Below, one piece after another: positions 1-15,706 of a stretch of DNA of 64,000 nt. Numbering within the stretch: position 1 is the first letter of the stretch; every line of letters begins with the position of its first letter. The notes under the pieces are model-generated. The model made no database searches. It saw only the letters and a list, made by a program, of their open reading frames with translations, and had not been told where the DNA came from. Made by a program: the position numbers and the translations under genes. Source of the stretch: Eledone cirrhosa (Eukaryota); the NCBI GenBank assembly GCA_964016885.1, contig OZ024743.1, positions 255,812,001 through 255,876,000 of the forward strand, read 5' to 3'.

Positions 1-966
1 TATGTGTGTGTATATGTGTATGTACATGTGTGTACATGTATAAGTGTGTATATTTATATATATATTTGTGTGCGTGTATATATGTATTTATATATGTTTA
101 TATCTATGTATGGGTATGTATGTTTTTAATGGAGTATCAATGTATTTATACTTCTATCTATATATGTGGATATATGTACTTTTGTGATCTAAGAAAATTA
201 TGCGTTTTGACTATAAGTCAACATGCATTTATCTAAGTTTGATTACTCACACATAGACCCACTTGAAAATATTTACTATTTTATATTTTATGATGCATCA
301 TACGCTATACTGCCTAAAGTAGAAACAATTATATTATATTATTATATTATCATATTTTATTTTCTCATTATAATTTTCATCTTTTAATATACAATCCTTC
401 CTAGTTATGACCATTACTTTACCTATCTATATATATCCTAGTTATTTCTGTATATTTTATATTTACTTATTTATATTCACCTAAAAATTCCATACAACAC
501 AACTCAACATTTAATTTTTACATTCCTTTTTAAACTTCACTCCACCATCTACATTCCACTATCAATATAACAATTCCTTTTTATTTATAGGTTCTTTATA
601 GTAATTCTATTTTTAACACCATTCAACCATTCCTTTCAAAGGGTCATAACCTCAACTAAGGTGAGTTATATTTCATCTTAACATCATATGGCAAAAAACC
701 ATTTGATTGGTTTGTTCTTCAGCTACCTCCAAATAAGGTCATAGAATTCAATTTACAATTGATTTTGAATAAAATTTTCATTGCTTTTAACAACGGCTGG
801 TGATATACATGTAGATAAATATATTCTTTATTTCATATTTTGTAACTAACCCTACATAGATCGATAACAAAATATGCGTACGATATATTATTATCACCTA
901 GAAACGATCGTAAAGCAGTGAAGTATATTTCTAATGACTTGAATTTTTATTTCATTGTTTTAACTT
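1..966 (+). mobile_element. 3' non-coding end (pLTR/3'UTR) of Penelope-like element family A, running off the window start
   Basis: Colinear with 26140-27078 (e.g. TTCACCTAAAA-TCCATACAACACAACTCAA, CTACCTCCAAATAAGGTCATA, GAAACGATCGTAAAGCAGTGAAG). Ends at the same TTTTAACTTA junction into (TA)n. Confidence 0.85.
780..919 (+). ncRNA. Putative degenerate hammerhead ribozyme (long stem II) in PLE-A 3' end
   Basis: Stem I ATTGCTT(780-786)/AAGCAGT(913-919), 7-nt core slot TTAACAA, stem II base GGTGATA/TATCACC, then GAAA-CGATCG-TA (palindromic stem III). Confidence 0.45.
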
Positions 967-984
967 ATATATATATATATATAT

Positions 985-2340
985 AACTCTCATAGCTGAA
1001 ACTATGGCTGATCTAGAGAAGATCTTCCCTGTTTGAAATTCCAAACATGGAAGCATGGCCTAGAATCAAAAGGCCTTAAAGTTAACTTGTCTAAGACTGA
1101 AGTTCTAGTATGTAGAAAGGAAAATGGAACACAGGTGCCCTCTGGGAAATGGCCATGCTCAGTGTGTAGGAATGGAGTATGTAGAAATTCCATTTTATGT
1201 CCCAAATGCAAACTATCGGTACATAAAAGAAGTAATGGGATCACATGTAAGCAATCTAAGAACGTAGATTTTATATGTGGCTGATGCTCAGCTGCAAAAA
1301 GTAGCAAGTGCCCACAGGATACTAGCTCCTTCTATTGCCCAGATGGTTCTATAGAAATAGTGGACACTTTCCGTTACCTGGGTGACAAAATCAGCAGTGG
1401 TGGAGGGTGCTCTGAAAGTACAGTAGCCAGAGTTAGAACGGGGTGGAAAAGGTTCAGAGAGCTTATACCACTATTGGCCACAAAAGGTTTCTCTCTAAAA
1501 ATGAAAAGCAGATAATATGATGCCTGTATACGAACAGCAATGTTACATGGCAGTGAGACATGGGCATTTTGTGCAGATGACCTGCATAGACTGAAATGGA
1601 ATGAAGCATGCATGCTCCGTTGGATGTGTAATAGTAATATATGCGAACGGCAAAACATAAATGAACTAAGTGAGAAATTAGGAATAAGAGGGATCAGAAG
1701 CTGTTTACTTGAGAGAAGACTACGTTGGTATGGTCAGGTGATGTGCATGAAAGACAACAACTGTATAAAAAATTGCAGGGTGATCAAAATTGATGGAAGT
1801 AACGGAGTAGGTAGACCCAGAAAAACCTGGGATGATTTGATAAATTCCAACCTTACACACTTTCACCTCTCTAAGACAAATGTCTCTAGACCGAGATCTT
1901 TGGCGCCACACGGTAATACAGTAGACCCACCATGCCTATGTACAAAGCGAAGCCTACAGTCAGTAGACACCTGTTAACCAAATATACACTCCAACCCACT
2001 ACTCCTACTCCATCCTTGCACTCCCACCAACACCACCCTTTCCCTGTAAAGTTATGTTGGTAGCACAACATCCAGTCCAAACTAATGAGGTGGTGTGGGT
2101 GTCATGACAAAAAAAAACACAGTCCACGCTGTAATGTGGCCATTTAGGTAACATGGTAAAAAGCTCCCAGTCCACACTGTAAATGTGGTTGGTGTTAGAA
2201 AGGCCATCCAGCTATAGAAATCCTGCCAGATAGTCCTATACGAGCGAGACACGGTCACCTGACCAATCTTGCCTCAAGTGGGACAATTCTCATCTAACCC
2301 ATGCTAGTGTGGAAGATAGATGTTAAACAATGATGATGAT
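985..2340 (+). mobile_element. 5'-truncated, degenerate RTE-clade LINE (subfamily 1): RT C-terminus with PHD-like finger, 3'UTR and (ATG)n tail
   Basis: ORFs 1033-1284 and 1540-1977 (GLKVNLSKT, MLHGSETW, RRLRWYG, GRPRKTW). Stops and frameshifts present. Starts directly after (TA)n. Confidence 0.9.
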
Positions 2341-2356
2341 ATATATATATACATAT

Positions 2357-4656
<2,300 letters not shown>

Positions 4657-4824
4657 AAAGAATAGAGGTGTAACACACAAGTTATTATATATTGGTAAAC
4701 GGAATAGAAAATGCTGACAAATTGTTCACAGTTGAAAGATGGTTTAATTAGGAATAAAAGAGTATTAGTGATCGTATGGGTTAGTATTCAGTTGTGGTTT
4801 ATATATATATATATATATGCAATC

Positions 4825-5060
4825 TGTAAGGTGATCATGCTGGTGCCATGACAAAAATTGTACCAAAATTACCCTGTAAAGAAGTCAAGCAGGTGACATG
4901 ATAAAAGGCAACTATTACGCTCAGGTGTTAGGAAGGACATCCAGTTATAGAAAACCAACCCCAAAATAGTTCATATGAGGTCATTTTACTTGTCTGGTTT
5001 CATAATATTACAGCCCATCTAACCTATTCAAGCATGGACAATCAAATTTAAATGATATTG
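4825..5060 (+). mobile_element. Degenerate short repeat sharing the RTE subfamily-1 3' end (SINE or LINE tail)
   Basis: GGTGTTAGGAAGGACATCCAGTTATAGAAAA and CAAGCATGGACA resemble 4405-4530. Confidence 0.5.
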
Positions 5061-5820
5061 GTGAAGATGTGTGTGCCTCTGTGAGTGTGTGTGTGTGTGT
5101 GAGCGTGTGTATGTAATATGGACCATGCTTCAGATATGGCATGGATATGACAACTTCCCTTAAGATAGTGGTGTAATAAAATGCACTCTGTAAATTGCAG
5201 GATCATTAGTTGGGCCCCTGACCCATCTGGAGATTAGAGGTACCACTTCAGTACTGACCGGTCTGTGACAACACATCCAGACATTGCTAGCAGAGAAAAT
5301 GGAGATTAAACAATAATGATGATGATTAGTAGGGTTGAAGAATAGAGCACAAGTATTTGTTCTGTTATTCACAGCTCATTAACAAGTAAATATTTTATAT
5401 TCAATAATTTCTGGCACTGACCTTTAGAAACAACACTGCTTTGTTGTAATTAATTAATTAATGTTATTAATTATCATCATCCTCATCAGTATTTATTATT
5501 ATTGTCATCATCAATATTGTTATCATTATTATTATTTTTGCTGTTGTTGTTTCCTCTTGTTTCATTATAGTTTGTAGTCATTGTTTAAGAATTAATTAAT
5601 TTCATTGTGGTATCTCAAATTTGAAAGAAATTCGAAGTGAGAAGTTGATGAAAAATACATTCTTGCTGAAAGTTCTGATTAATAACTCTAAATATTCTAC
5701 ACTTTCATCAAATGTCACAGGTTATAGGGGAGAAAAGATAGTCTATCTCATTCTTTCTCTCTTTCTCTCCACACACATTATACACACACACACACACAAA
5801 CACACATATATATATATGTA

Positions 5821-5893
<73 letters not shown>

Positions 5894-5912
5894 ATGTATA
5901 TATATATATATT

Positions 5913-6375
5913 TATAGAAAGTACAATAACTAGGGTAAGAACGGGATGGAAGAAGTTCAGGGAACTACTGCCACTGCTAGCTGCAAAAGGCTTCTCCCTC
6001 AAAATGAAAGGCAGACTGTATGATGCGTGTATCCGAACATCAATGTTACATGGTAATGAGACCTGGGCGCTGAAGGTGGAAGACTTACGTAGATTAGAGA
6101 GAAACGAAGTCTGCATGCTCCGATGGATGTGTAACAGTAATATACGCAAACGACAAAGCATAAATGAATTGAGAGAGAGACTGAGCATAAGAGGAATCAA
6201 ATGCTGTGTGCAGGAGAGACGGTTGCATTGGTATGGACATGTGATGCGTATGAAGGATGACAGCTGCATAAAAAGGTGCAGAGCACTAGAAGTCGAGGGA
6301 AACCGCAGAGTGGGGAGACCCAAGATGACCTGCGATGAGGTGATAAAAGCCGACGTTACCCAATTAGACCTCTCA
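5913..6375 (+). mobile_element. RTE LINE RT C-terminal fragment
   Basis: ESTITRVRTGWKKFRELLPLL...HGNETW...RRLHWYGHV in ORF 5824-6498, fused to (TA)n/(TG)n. Confidence 0.9.
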
Positions 6376-6629
6376 TTATTAGTATGCCCATTTCAGCATA
6401 CTACTATAAATGATCACGTATATAAGCCCATTTATTGTATACCTTACTATATATATATCTCAGTAATAGTTAAAATATCTGAACAGCTGTGTAGTTAAAC
6501 AGTTTTCTCCACAGCCACATGGTTTCAAGTTCAATCCCTCTGTTCATGAATATCCTGTATGTGAAATGTCCACTCATCAACTAAGAATAGAAACCCCCCC
6601 ACCCTGTTATTGCTAGTATACTTATTCCA

Positions 6630-7030
6630 GAGACAGTCATGTGGGCAGAGTCCTCAAACGTTCCTTCTAGCGAGTCCTATCAGAAGCACTGTCTTCAACT
6701 GATCTAGCTGCATCCCTAAGCGAAACCAATGAAGCTCATGGATGTTATACAACCATATTGCTCGGTGTCTACCCGTGGGTCTCCTGCCGATTGGTTTTGC
6801 CTATAAAATCTGTCAAGCAACTCTTTCCTGAGACATTCTAACCCCATACCCATATATTGGAGCTGTGATCTCTTAATTCAGAGAATTAGCAGCTCTACCT
6901 GGAGTGACACTCTGATCTCTGAGCCATTCACTCTATGGAGTAACATTACTCTAAAGACCCATCGGAGGAGGAACCCCATTACAGCTGCTTGTATTTGAAA
7001 TTGTATTATTTCAGTCATTACCTAAGATTC
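6630..7030 (-). mobile_element. Degenerate 3' fragment of a third RTE-like LINE family
   Basis: Homologous to 28160-28540 (GTGGGCAGAGTCCTCAAAC, CTTTCCTGAGACATTCTAA). Confidence 0.7.
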
Positions 7031-7562
7031 ACTTTGTAAAATTCACTGGAGCAGGCGAACGTCTCCTTCGCTGTTCTAACCACACTTTTCAAGTAATAAT
7101 AGTAACCACCACCATTTTTCTATTTATCATACTTTACTTTCTTTACATAATCAATATCTTATTTTGTTGTAGTTGTTGTATTGAGTGTCTTTTACCCCTT
7201 GTCTTGTTTTTGTTTTATGTTCTATAGTATGAAGAATATTCTGGAAAATAGCTTAAGTTAAGAACATTATCTTTCTTTGATTGTCTGTCTAATTTAATGT
7301 CTCAATATTTTGTATGCAACTTGTTTGTCCACATTTTCATTTTAACTCATTTATTTATTGTTATTGTTCTTCCTCTCTCATTGTTTTGTTTGCCATCTTC
7401 GATATTAATTGTTTGTATACATGGGTATGTATGTGTGTGTGCATATGCATGTATGTACGTCTATATATATATACATATATGTATTTGTGTGTATATATAA
7501 TATATATATGTACATATGTATTGGTAGATGTATGTATGTTTATATATATTTGTATGCATATC

Positions 7563-7593
<31 letters not shown>

Positions 7594-7644
7594 TAAATAT
7601 GTATATGTATGTATATGTGTGTATGCATTCAGACACACCCACAC

Positions 7645-7702
<58 letters not shown>

Positions 7703-7835
7703 ATGTGTGTGTGTGTGTATGTGTGTGTGTAAGTATATGTAGGCAATATCCGTAGGTGTGAAAAAGGAAAAAGGGAAATAGTGTTCAATCAGGAAGAGAG
7801 TTATGTCTCTCTCACTCTCTCTATATACATATATA

Positions 7836-8598
7836 TCATCATCATCAACATCATCGTTTAACGTCCATCTTCCACGCTAACATGGGTTAGACGCGAGTTG
7901 TCCCACTTGAGGCAAGGTTGGTCGGGTGACAATGTCTCGCTCATATAGGACTATCTGGCAGGTTTTCTATGGCTGGATGCCCTTCCTAACACCAACCACA
8001 TTTACAGTGTGGAACTGGGAACTTTTTACCGTGTTACATACACATCCACATTACAGCGTGGACTGTGTGTTTTTTGTCGTGACACCTACACGATCTCGAT
8101 CTCATTTATCTCATTTATCTGGACTGGTACCAACTTTACAGAGAGAGGGTGTTGTTGGTGGGAGTGGGAGGATAGGGTAGGGTAGTGGATTGGGGTGTAT
8201 ATTTGGTTAAGAGGTGCCTACTGACTGTAGGTTTCGCTTTGTACATAGGTAAGGCAGATCTTCTGTATTACTGCGTAGCGCCAAAGATCTCGGTCCAGTG
8301 ACATTGTCTTAGAGAGGTGCAAGTGTATAAGGTCGGTATTTATCAGATCGTCCCAGGTTTTTCTGGGTCTACCTACTCCACAACTACCATCAATTTTGAT
8401 CGCCCTGCAATTTTTTATGCAGCTGTCGTCTTTCATGCGCCTCACGTGACCATACCAACGTAGTCTTCTCTCAAGTAAACAGCATCTGATCCCTCTTATT
8501 CCTAATTTCTCACTTAGTTTATTCATGCTTTGCCATTCACGTATATTACTATTACACATCCAATGGAGCATGTATGCTTCGTTCCTTTCCAGTCTACG
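7836..8598 (-). mobile_element. RTE LINE subfamily 1, 3' fragment
   Basis: ORF 8218-8571 (RRLRWYGHV, GRPRKTW), 3'UTR and (CAT)n tail. Confidence 0.9.
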
Positions 8599-8773
8599 TA
8601 TATATATATATATACGCGCATGTGTGTATGTGGATACATTATTTGTGAAAACATATTTACATATGTATATATAATATAGATATGTGCATATATTTATATA
8701 TACATTTATATAACTATATTATAAATAGAAATGTGTATAAATTTTAATGTGTATGAAATCATCAGGAATATAA

Positions 8774-8810
<37 letters not shown>

Positions 8811-11534
8811 CATACATACATATATATATACATACTTACATACATATTTATATGTATATTTACTGGTAAATTATTATATATCAATTTGTAGTAAGATGTC
8901 ATCTTTATAAAAATTAATTCTTGTAAATCGAATAGTATTTCACAATCAAATAAAATATCAATTTATTTATTCAATATTTTCTATCAATCTATTAATGAAC
9001 ATCAATCTGTCACACACAACCACACTGACATGTTCACCCTCCCCATGCACACACACACAGGCACATTTATATTTCCAAAACCTACATACTCACAAACTTT
9101 ATAAATAAAACATGTTATGTAATTAACATGTAGCAAGCTAATATGGACAATTACATGAAAACCACAGGATTCCATTCAGACTAGTTAACAGTGTGGATAA
9201 AGGCAATGAAGTGGCAAAGTTGTTATAGCAATATATTAACCCTTTTCATACACATTCACATTTTGTGAATCAACAGAGTTGTTAGATCATTGGATAGAAT
9301 CCTTTTCAGTAATCATTGTTGTTCTCTGTGCTCTGAGTTCAAAATCCACTGAGGTCAACTTTACCTCTCATCCTTTCGTGGTCAATACAAAAGTACCCGC
9401 CCATTAAAGGCATCAATTTTTCCTCTATAGTTCTTTTTGCACTTCCCCTATATCACTCTCTCTCTCTTTCTCTGGTAGCCCATCCGCTCTCCAGTATTCA
9501 AACCTGGAGAGGGATAGGTTCCATCAGTGTTAAAATTGCCCAAGACCACCCGAGAATGGCAGGTTCTCTGACACAGAACTTTTTATTCTAAAGTCTTTAT
9601 ATTCATCTAAAACCATTTCATCATAAATGGAATAGAAAGAAACGAAATTTCACTTCTCACTCTTAGTACGGCACTTAATTAAATGTAAGTATGTATGTAT
9701 GTATACGTACATACATATATGTATACAGACGTACAGTAGTATGTATATATATACATACATGCACACATATATAAATGCACGTATCGGTTTACCGAACATT
9801 TATTATAATGCTCGGTTTGTTTGTTTGTAAACAAACAAACAGCCCGAATTACGCCGTACAGTGTTTAGGCAACCACGTCACCTTTTTGTTCAACACTGAC
9901 ACTCATCATAATTTTATATAAGACCTTTGTTATATTTCAAGGTTAGTTATGTTACTAAATACCTCTAAATTCTAAATTAGGAATATAATTTATGAAAAGG
10001 TTAACGTTTATCTAAACATATTCTATCATAATTATATGTCAGAACCTTTGCTGACTTATACTCCAGAGACCAGCTTAATAATTGTTTCTACTTTCGATAT
10101 AGTTAATTATATAATTATATTAACGAATATAGTTAATTATATAGCTAAATCTCTCCAGATCCTTGATTATTTTAAAAATTATTTACAAATAATCATAGGC
10201 AGTGTATTTCATTATGAATATGGCAGTGAATGGGTTAAATACTTTGCAGTGTTTATTCCAGTTCTCAGCACATATCTCGCTTGTGTGCTCCATTTTTAAT
10301 ATGATTTCTTGAATTGAATACCAATCCTAACATCATGCACTTTACTGAGTCTTCCATGTGCATTTATCATGGCAACAACACAAGATAGGTTGCCTTTCCT
10401 CCGCAAGATTAAAAATTCCTCTCCACCAAAAATGTGTCAAGGGGTTTTACGAATGGTCATTCTCCCTTTTGGTTCCAGGTCAACTATAATCACTCCCAAT
10501 TCTATGATGCAAAACTGTTTGTTTTGAATCAGGCATGGACACCATTTTCTGAACAGTACTAAACAGTACTAAATAAGGTTGTCCACACTACTAAAATTGT
10601 CTAGGTAATTTTGAAATTAGGCATCCCATTTAGAAAGCCAAACAAGATGCATTCAACCTGTTGACTGCATGTTGCCCACCACTATTTTAAATTGTTTATA
10701 TTTCTAAACATTCTAACATAATTTCATGCAAGAACCTTTGCTATAGTTCTAATAAATAATGAGAAAGTTATATTACTAAATCCCACCAAATTCTAAATAA
10801 ATTAACAAAAATCATTATTTTCAAAATGAAAAATATGGTAACTTAATGGTTAAAGTATTTCAACAAACCTACTTTGTGCTTTTACCTGAAAGAAAATGGT
10901 AAATCAGAAATATGAAACGTCAAGTAATTGTTCTAGCAGAATTGACAGCTGTCAGAAGATAAGGCACTTCAAACATGACAGAGAATTGGTCAAATTTGTT
11001 TCAAATTCAACAATATCCAATAAACAAATAGTTATATTTGGGGAGGGGACAATATTTCTAAATGATCACCAATTTACTGAGTAATTTATGATGACCTTGA
11101 AAAATATTTTTTATCTTTGATCATGATAGATGATTTTGCCTCGAGATGTCGACATATCAAAAATAGTTTCACTCTTAATCAAGAAATATGTATCTAGAGA
11201 ATAAATCAAGATTAATTTGTGTTTCTAGTGATTTCAGTTCACATATTTTGGTATTTGAGATTTCTCAAATTTCTGGTTGATTCCAGTAGGTTTTGTTGGT
11301 TTTCAAAATTGTGTCACTGCTGGCATATATTATAAAAAAGAATAAATTACTAGTAATGTCAATCTCTATTATCTCCCATTGATATATTTACAGATTTTTG
11401 TTAGAAACATAGATCTATGACCAAAGATCTATTATATATAGATTGTATATGTGTTTATCTTATATATATATAAAGAGAGAGAGAGAGAGATTTGTGTTCC
11501 ATATGACATTCTACTTCAGTTATACATACACACC

Positions 11535-11566
<32 letters not shown>

Positions 11567-13134
11567 AAAATACAATATGTAGAAAGGATAACACACTAGA
11601 AGGAGAGAGTGTGTGCTATTAATAAACAGAGAAACCACCAGTGTATGGAATCTATAAACTACGGAAGGTGAGGTAGACACATAATAATTAAAAATATAAA
11701 TCAAAATGAGTATACCCACCTCTATAACTATATATCACACACGTACACATCCAAAGAGATTTGTTTCGCCAAAAAATGAGTGACTGAAATGGAAATACCT
11801 ATGGTTCATCAGCGTGTGTTAAGTAAATACATTCCAGACAATTCTAAGAAGATTTAAGATAACCGCCTTGCAACACGTGATAGAGAAAAGTGAGTGTGTG
11901 CGAGGGACAGTGAACCATTGGTCTTTGTGGGACGAGCGGCTAGAAATGGCACATAATTTAAGGGCACTAACGCGAGTCTATGACTGTTAATTTATTTATA
12001 TATATATATATAGGAAAGCTTGGAATGATTTGATGAAAGTTGACCTTGGACAATTAAATCTCCCAAAGGAATTGATAGAGGGCTGGAATCTCTGGCATTA
12101 TATTGTACTCCAGATGATGAGCCTTCCCATTTGCAGTAGATGAAACAATATGTAGAGGATACTAGACTGCTCCAATTGTTTCCCTATCTTTTCAAAATCA
12201 CCCTTCTCAATCTTAATAACATGCACTCACCACATCCATATCCAACTTGCACATTCTCTCCCTTATAATACCTAATTTTTGCTGGACTAGCAATCGCTCT
12301 GTTTAATCAGCTCCTGATTATTACTGGAATTCTATAAGAATCCAGCCTCTATAATTCTCGGCAAAGGCAACTGAGTGTGTGGTCTTCATAAACGCTCACA
12401 AGCGAGAAACAGACTCTCTGTAGGTCGCACTCTGTTGTTTTTGCCAAGAATAAGTAAGTAACATAGTAACTACTTTAAAACTCATAGCGAATGGTCTTCT
12501 AAATGTTTTTAATTAAACATACAGTATATTGCCAAATATACTATAGATACATTCATATATATTCATACACACATACACACACACACACATATATATATAT
12601 ACATAAACACAAATATTACATTTGATAAAAAGGAATGGAAGATAAATGACATGAATATTTGTGAGCAGGGCTTAAATCATAGTGAGTGAGAAAATGGAGA
12701 TGTAGGTTATACTTTTTCTAGTAAATGTCTAGACTAAATAACGGTTTTTAAGTATTAAGTCCCCCGCCATATTATCTATTATTAGGGACATGTAATGCTG
12801 TCACTTGTGTCTATGTCGTTGCTGTGTGTATACTTATTGTTATCTCTAGTTTTACTGTGAGAATGCATGTTATTTTATCTCTGTTGTAAATTGCTAGGTT
12901 TATTCAGATTAAGTACCTTTTTGAGTATGGTTCATAGTCAAAATTATCTAAGTTATATATGTGTATAAAGTATTGATAAGGTTAGTTACACTATATTGAG
13001 TTGCATGTAAGACAAGAACCACTATTCCTCTTTCATACTATTTTATAGTAATGCTAAGGAGTGCCCCATACTCTGACTTGAAGTGGTATTGTAAGATATG
13101 CACCACTATTCCTCATCTATACTATTTCAGACTG

Positions 13135-13166
<32 letters not shown>

Positions 13167-13539
13167 TAGTTTAATGGTTTTGTAATTTTACATTACAATT
13201 GGTTCACCAACTTGAGCACCAAATGCATAGTTGGATGCGTTTTTAGTATAGTATATGGTGTTGAGTAGGAACAAGGTTTCAAAGTATCATCATTTAAATC
13301 TGTACATGGACATCTCCCATTATTAAGGAATCTTTGATTTGGGCCCAATTGATACAGATCATACTTTGAGCTGATCAGTCAAGAGACACATGACATAGCT
13401 GAATAAACTTAATGATGATACTTTGAAACATCATTCCTACTCATTATATAGACTTTTACTCTTTTACCTGTTCCAGTCATCAGGATGAGGCCATGCTGGG
13501 GCAGTTTCCTTGTTGCTACACATTCTATCTCCAGCTTGT

Positions 13540-13725
13540 GTTGGTTGGCCGTTGGTGAAAGGGGGAATTTGTTGCTGCTGCACCTAGCTTACCTTCGTAC
13601 CATGCTGTGAGCTCATCCAGGATTCTGGATAGCAGGGTGTCAAGATGTTTCTTGAAAACATCCACGTCCACACCATGCAGATCTCTTAAATTTCTTGGCA
13701 GCTTATTGAAGAGTTCAGGGCTATT
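13540..13725 (-). mobile_element. CR1/L2-like LINE extreme 3' coding fragment
   Basis: PELFNKLPRNLRDLHGVDVDVFKKHLDTLLSRILDE resembles the C-terminus of CR1-group ORF2. Confidence 0.6.
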
Positions 13726-13751
13726 GCATATATGTACATATATATATATAT

Positions 13752-13992
13752 AGTTAGGGAACAGAACATTGCTTTTTGTGATCCAGTTCGTGGTTAAGAA
13801 AGACAGTTTCATGGATGGTTTCAATGTACGGTTAGGGGTAACTCCACAAGTTTGTAAGAATTCCGTTCAATCTTGGAGTATAAAGTATAAAAGAGAAAAC
13901 ACAGGTAAGCATTAAGAGAAGGATTTTATCCAGGTATTTACGACGTAAATACCTGGATAATATCCTTCTCTTAATGCTTACCTGTGTTTTCT

Positions 13993-13996
<4 letters not shown>
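13752..13996. mobile_element. (TA)n-flanked palindromic insertion (52-bp arms) with one-sided tail, probable PLE 3'-end remnant
   Basis: Arms 13891-13942 and 13944-13995 with 1 mismatch and a 1-nt spacer. Tail 13752-13890. Confidence 0.7.
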
Positions 13997-14050
<54 letters not shown>

Positions 14051-14192
14051 CGTGTATATTAGATAGTGAGGATTTTTTATAAAATGAAAAATAACCGAGG
14101 TGTCCTACACGAGTGAAAGTATAAGGAAAAAAGATGAAATCGAAAATGCAACTGAAGTATTTAAAAATATATATATATATATTTATTTGGTT

Positions 14193-14230
14193 CCTTTACC
14201 GGTTTCGCAGTTCTTCTGCTTTTCAAAAGT
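14193..14230 (-). ncRNA. Minimal type-I hammerhead, U3-A8 variant
   Basis: Minus strand reads CTT-TTGAAAA-GCAG-aagaa-CTGC-GAAA-CCGG-TA-AAG. Confidence 0.7.
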
Positions 14231-15081
14231 AGAGTTGAGATGGAGGGTCTGTAGTTTTTCTCACATCTGGTTGGTCTTTGAATGTTACTTGTTTTATATG
14301 GAAAAAAGTGGCTCGAAATGCCATGTTTTTAGAGAAGTAATTTGATTGGTTGGTGAATAAGTATAATAAATTTTGTGCCAGTTCGCGTTACAAAGTTCTT
14401 CAAACAAAGGAGGGGCTCAGGTTGTTTTTTCATATATGAGTGAAGTTTGGTTGTCTGATGCAGTGAAGTGAATAAGCACATCAGTTTTCGAGCCAATTTG
14501 TGTTAGAATTTCTATTTACTTAACAAAAGGGGGTCAAAGAATGTTTTTTTTATAATAAATGTTATTTAATTGATTATAAAATTACATTTCAGCACATCAG
14601 TCATACTCAGAACAACTCTCTCCATCCCTTTTTTCTTGACCATTATCTTTTGTTTGGCACAAAATTCTCTAAATGACTATAAAAAAATTCCTCAATACGG
14701 GTGCAAATTTAATCTACTTGTTCACGTGACAGTCATAATTTCATTTATAACCAATTAAATTACTTTTATTTAAAAAAAGTCATCGTGAGCCCCTTTTTTT
14801 TTAAGTAAAAAGAAATTCAAACACAAACTGGCACAAAAACTGATGTGACTGCATCAACCAACCAAACTTCACTCATATATGAAAAAACAACCTGAGCCCC
14901 CCTTTGTTTGAAGAACTTTGTAACGCAAACTGGCGCAAAATTTATTATACTTATTCACGAACCAATCAAATTACTTCTCTAAAAACATGGCATTTCGAGC
15001 CACTTTTTTCCATATAAAACAAGTAATGTTCAAAGACCAACCAGATGTGAGAAAAACCACAGACCCTCCATCTCAACTCTA

Positions 15082-15120
15082 CTTTTGAAAAGCAGAAGAA
15101 CTGCGAAACCACCGGTAAAG
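15082..15120 (+). ncRNA. Minimal type-I hammerhead, U3-A8 variant (second arm)
   Basis: CTT-TTGAAAA-GCAG-aagaa-CTGC-GAAA-CCACCGG-TA-AAG. Confidence 0.65.
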
Positions 15121-15199
15121 GAACCAAATAAATATATATATTTAAAAAAAAAAGACTCCAGTTGCATTTTCGATTTCATCTTTTTTCCTTATATGTATA

Positions 15200-15294
<95 letters not shown>

Positions 15295-15649
15295 TATTTA
15301 TAAATTTATTTATAAATCATAATGCTGGTGTTTCAGTATAATTGATAGGATTGAATATAGAAAGACATCTATGCTGGCTATTAATGGGGAGAATAGGAAA
15401 ACTAATAATGAAAATTATGAGGAAATAAAAAGATGGGAAGGTTATAAAAGAATTATATATTTGGATTGGAATAGCTATTTTGTAATTGTTTCTGTCTGTT
15501 TTTTGTCTTAATAGAATTCCTGTTAGCAGTTTTATACTGGGAAATGTAATTATATATATGTGTGTGTGTGCTCGTCAATGTATGTCTATATATGCATACA
15601 AATATATATATATGGATTAGATGTTATGGTATGTATATATACATATATA

Positions 15650-15706
<57 letters not shown>

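Larger units (their letters stand above)
14058..15192. mobile_element. Inverted-repeat element (about 420-bp arms) with a hammerhead in each arm and a one-sided tail
   Basis: Arms about 14120-14540 and 14780-15192 are reverse complements. Tail 14058-14119. Flanked by TA/TG microsatellites. Confidence 0.8.

Noticed and set aside
9237-10004. TTAA-flanked piggyBac-like termini (TTAACCCTTTTCATA / TATGAAAAGGTTAA)
   Set aside because: Only about 14 bp of imperfect AT-rich match and no transposase, which is insufficient support.
14058-15192. Interpretation of the inverted-repeat elements as DNA-transposon MITEs
   Set aside because: One-sided tails, hammerhead cores and PLE coding remnants in sibling structures favour a retroelement origin, though this is not formally excluded for the ORF-less ones.
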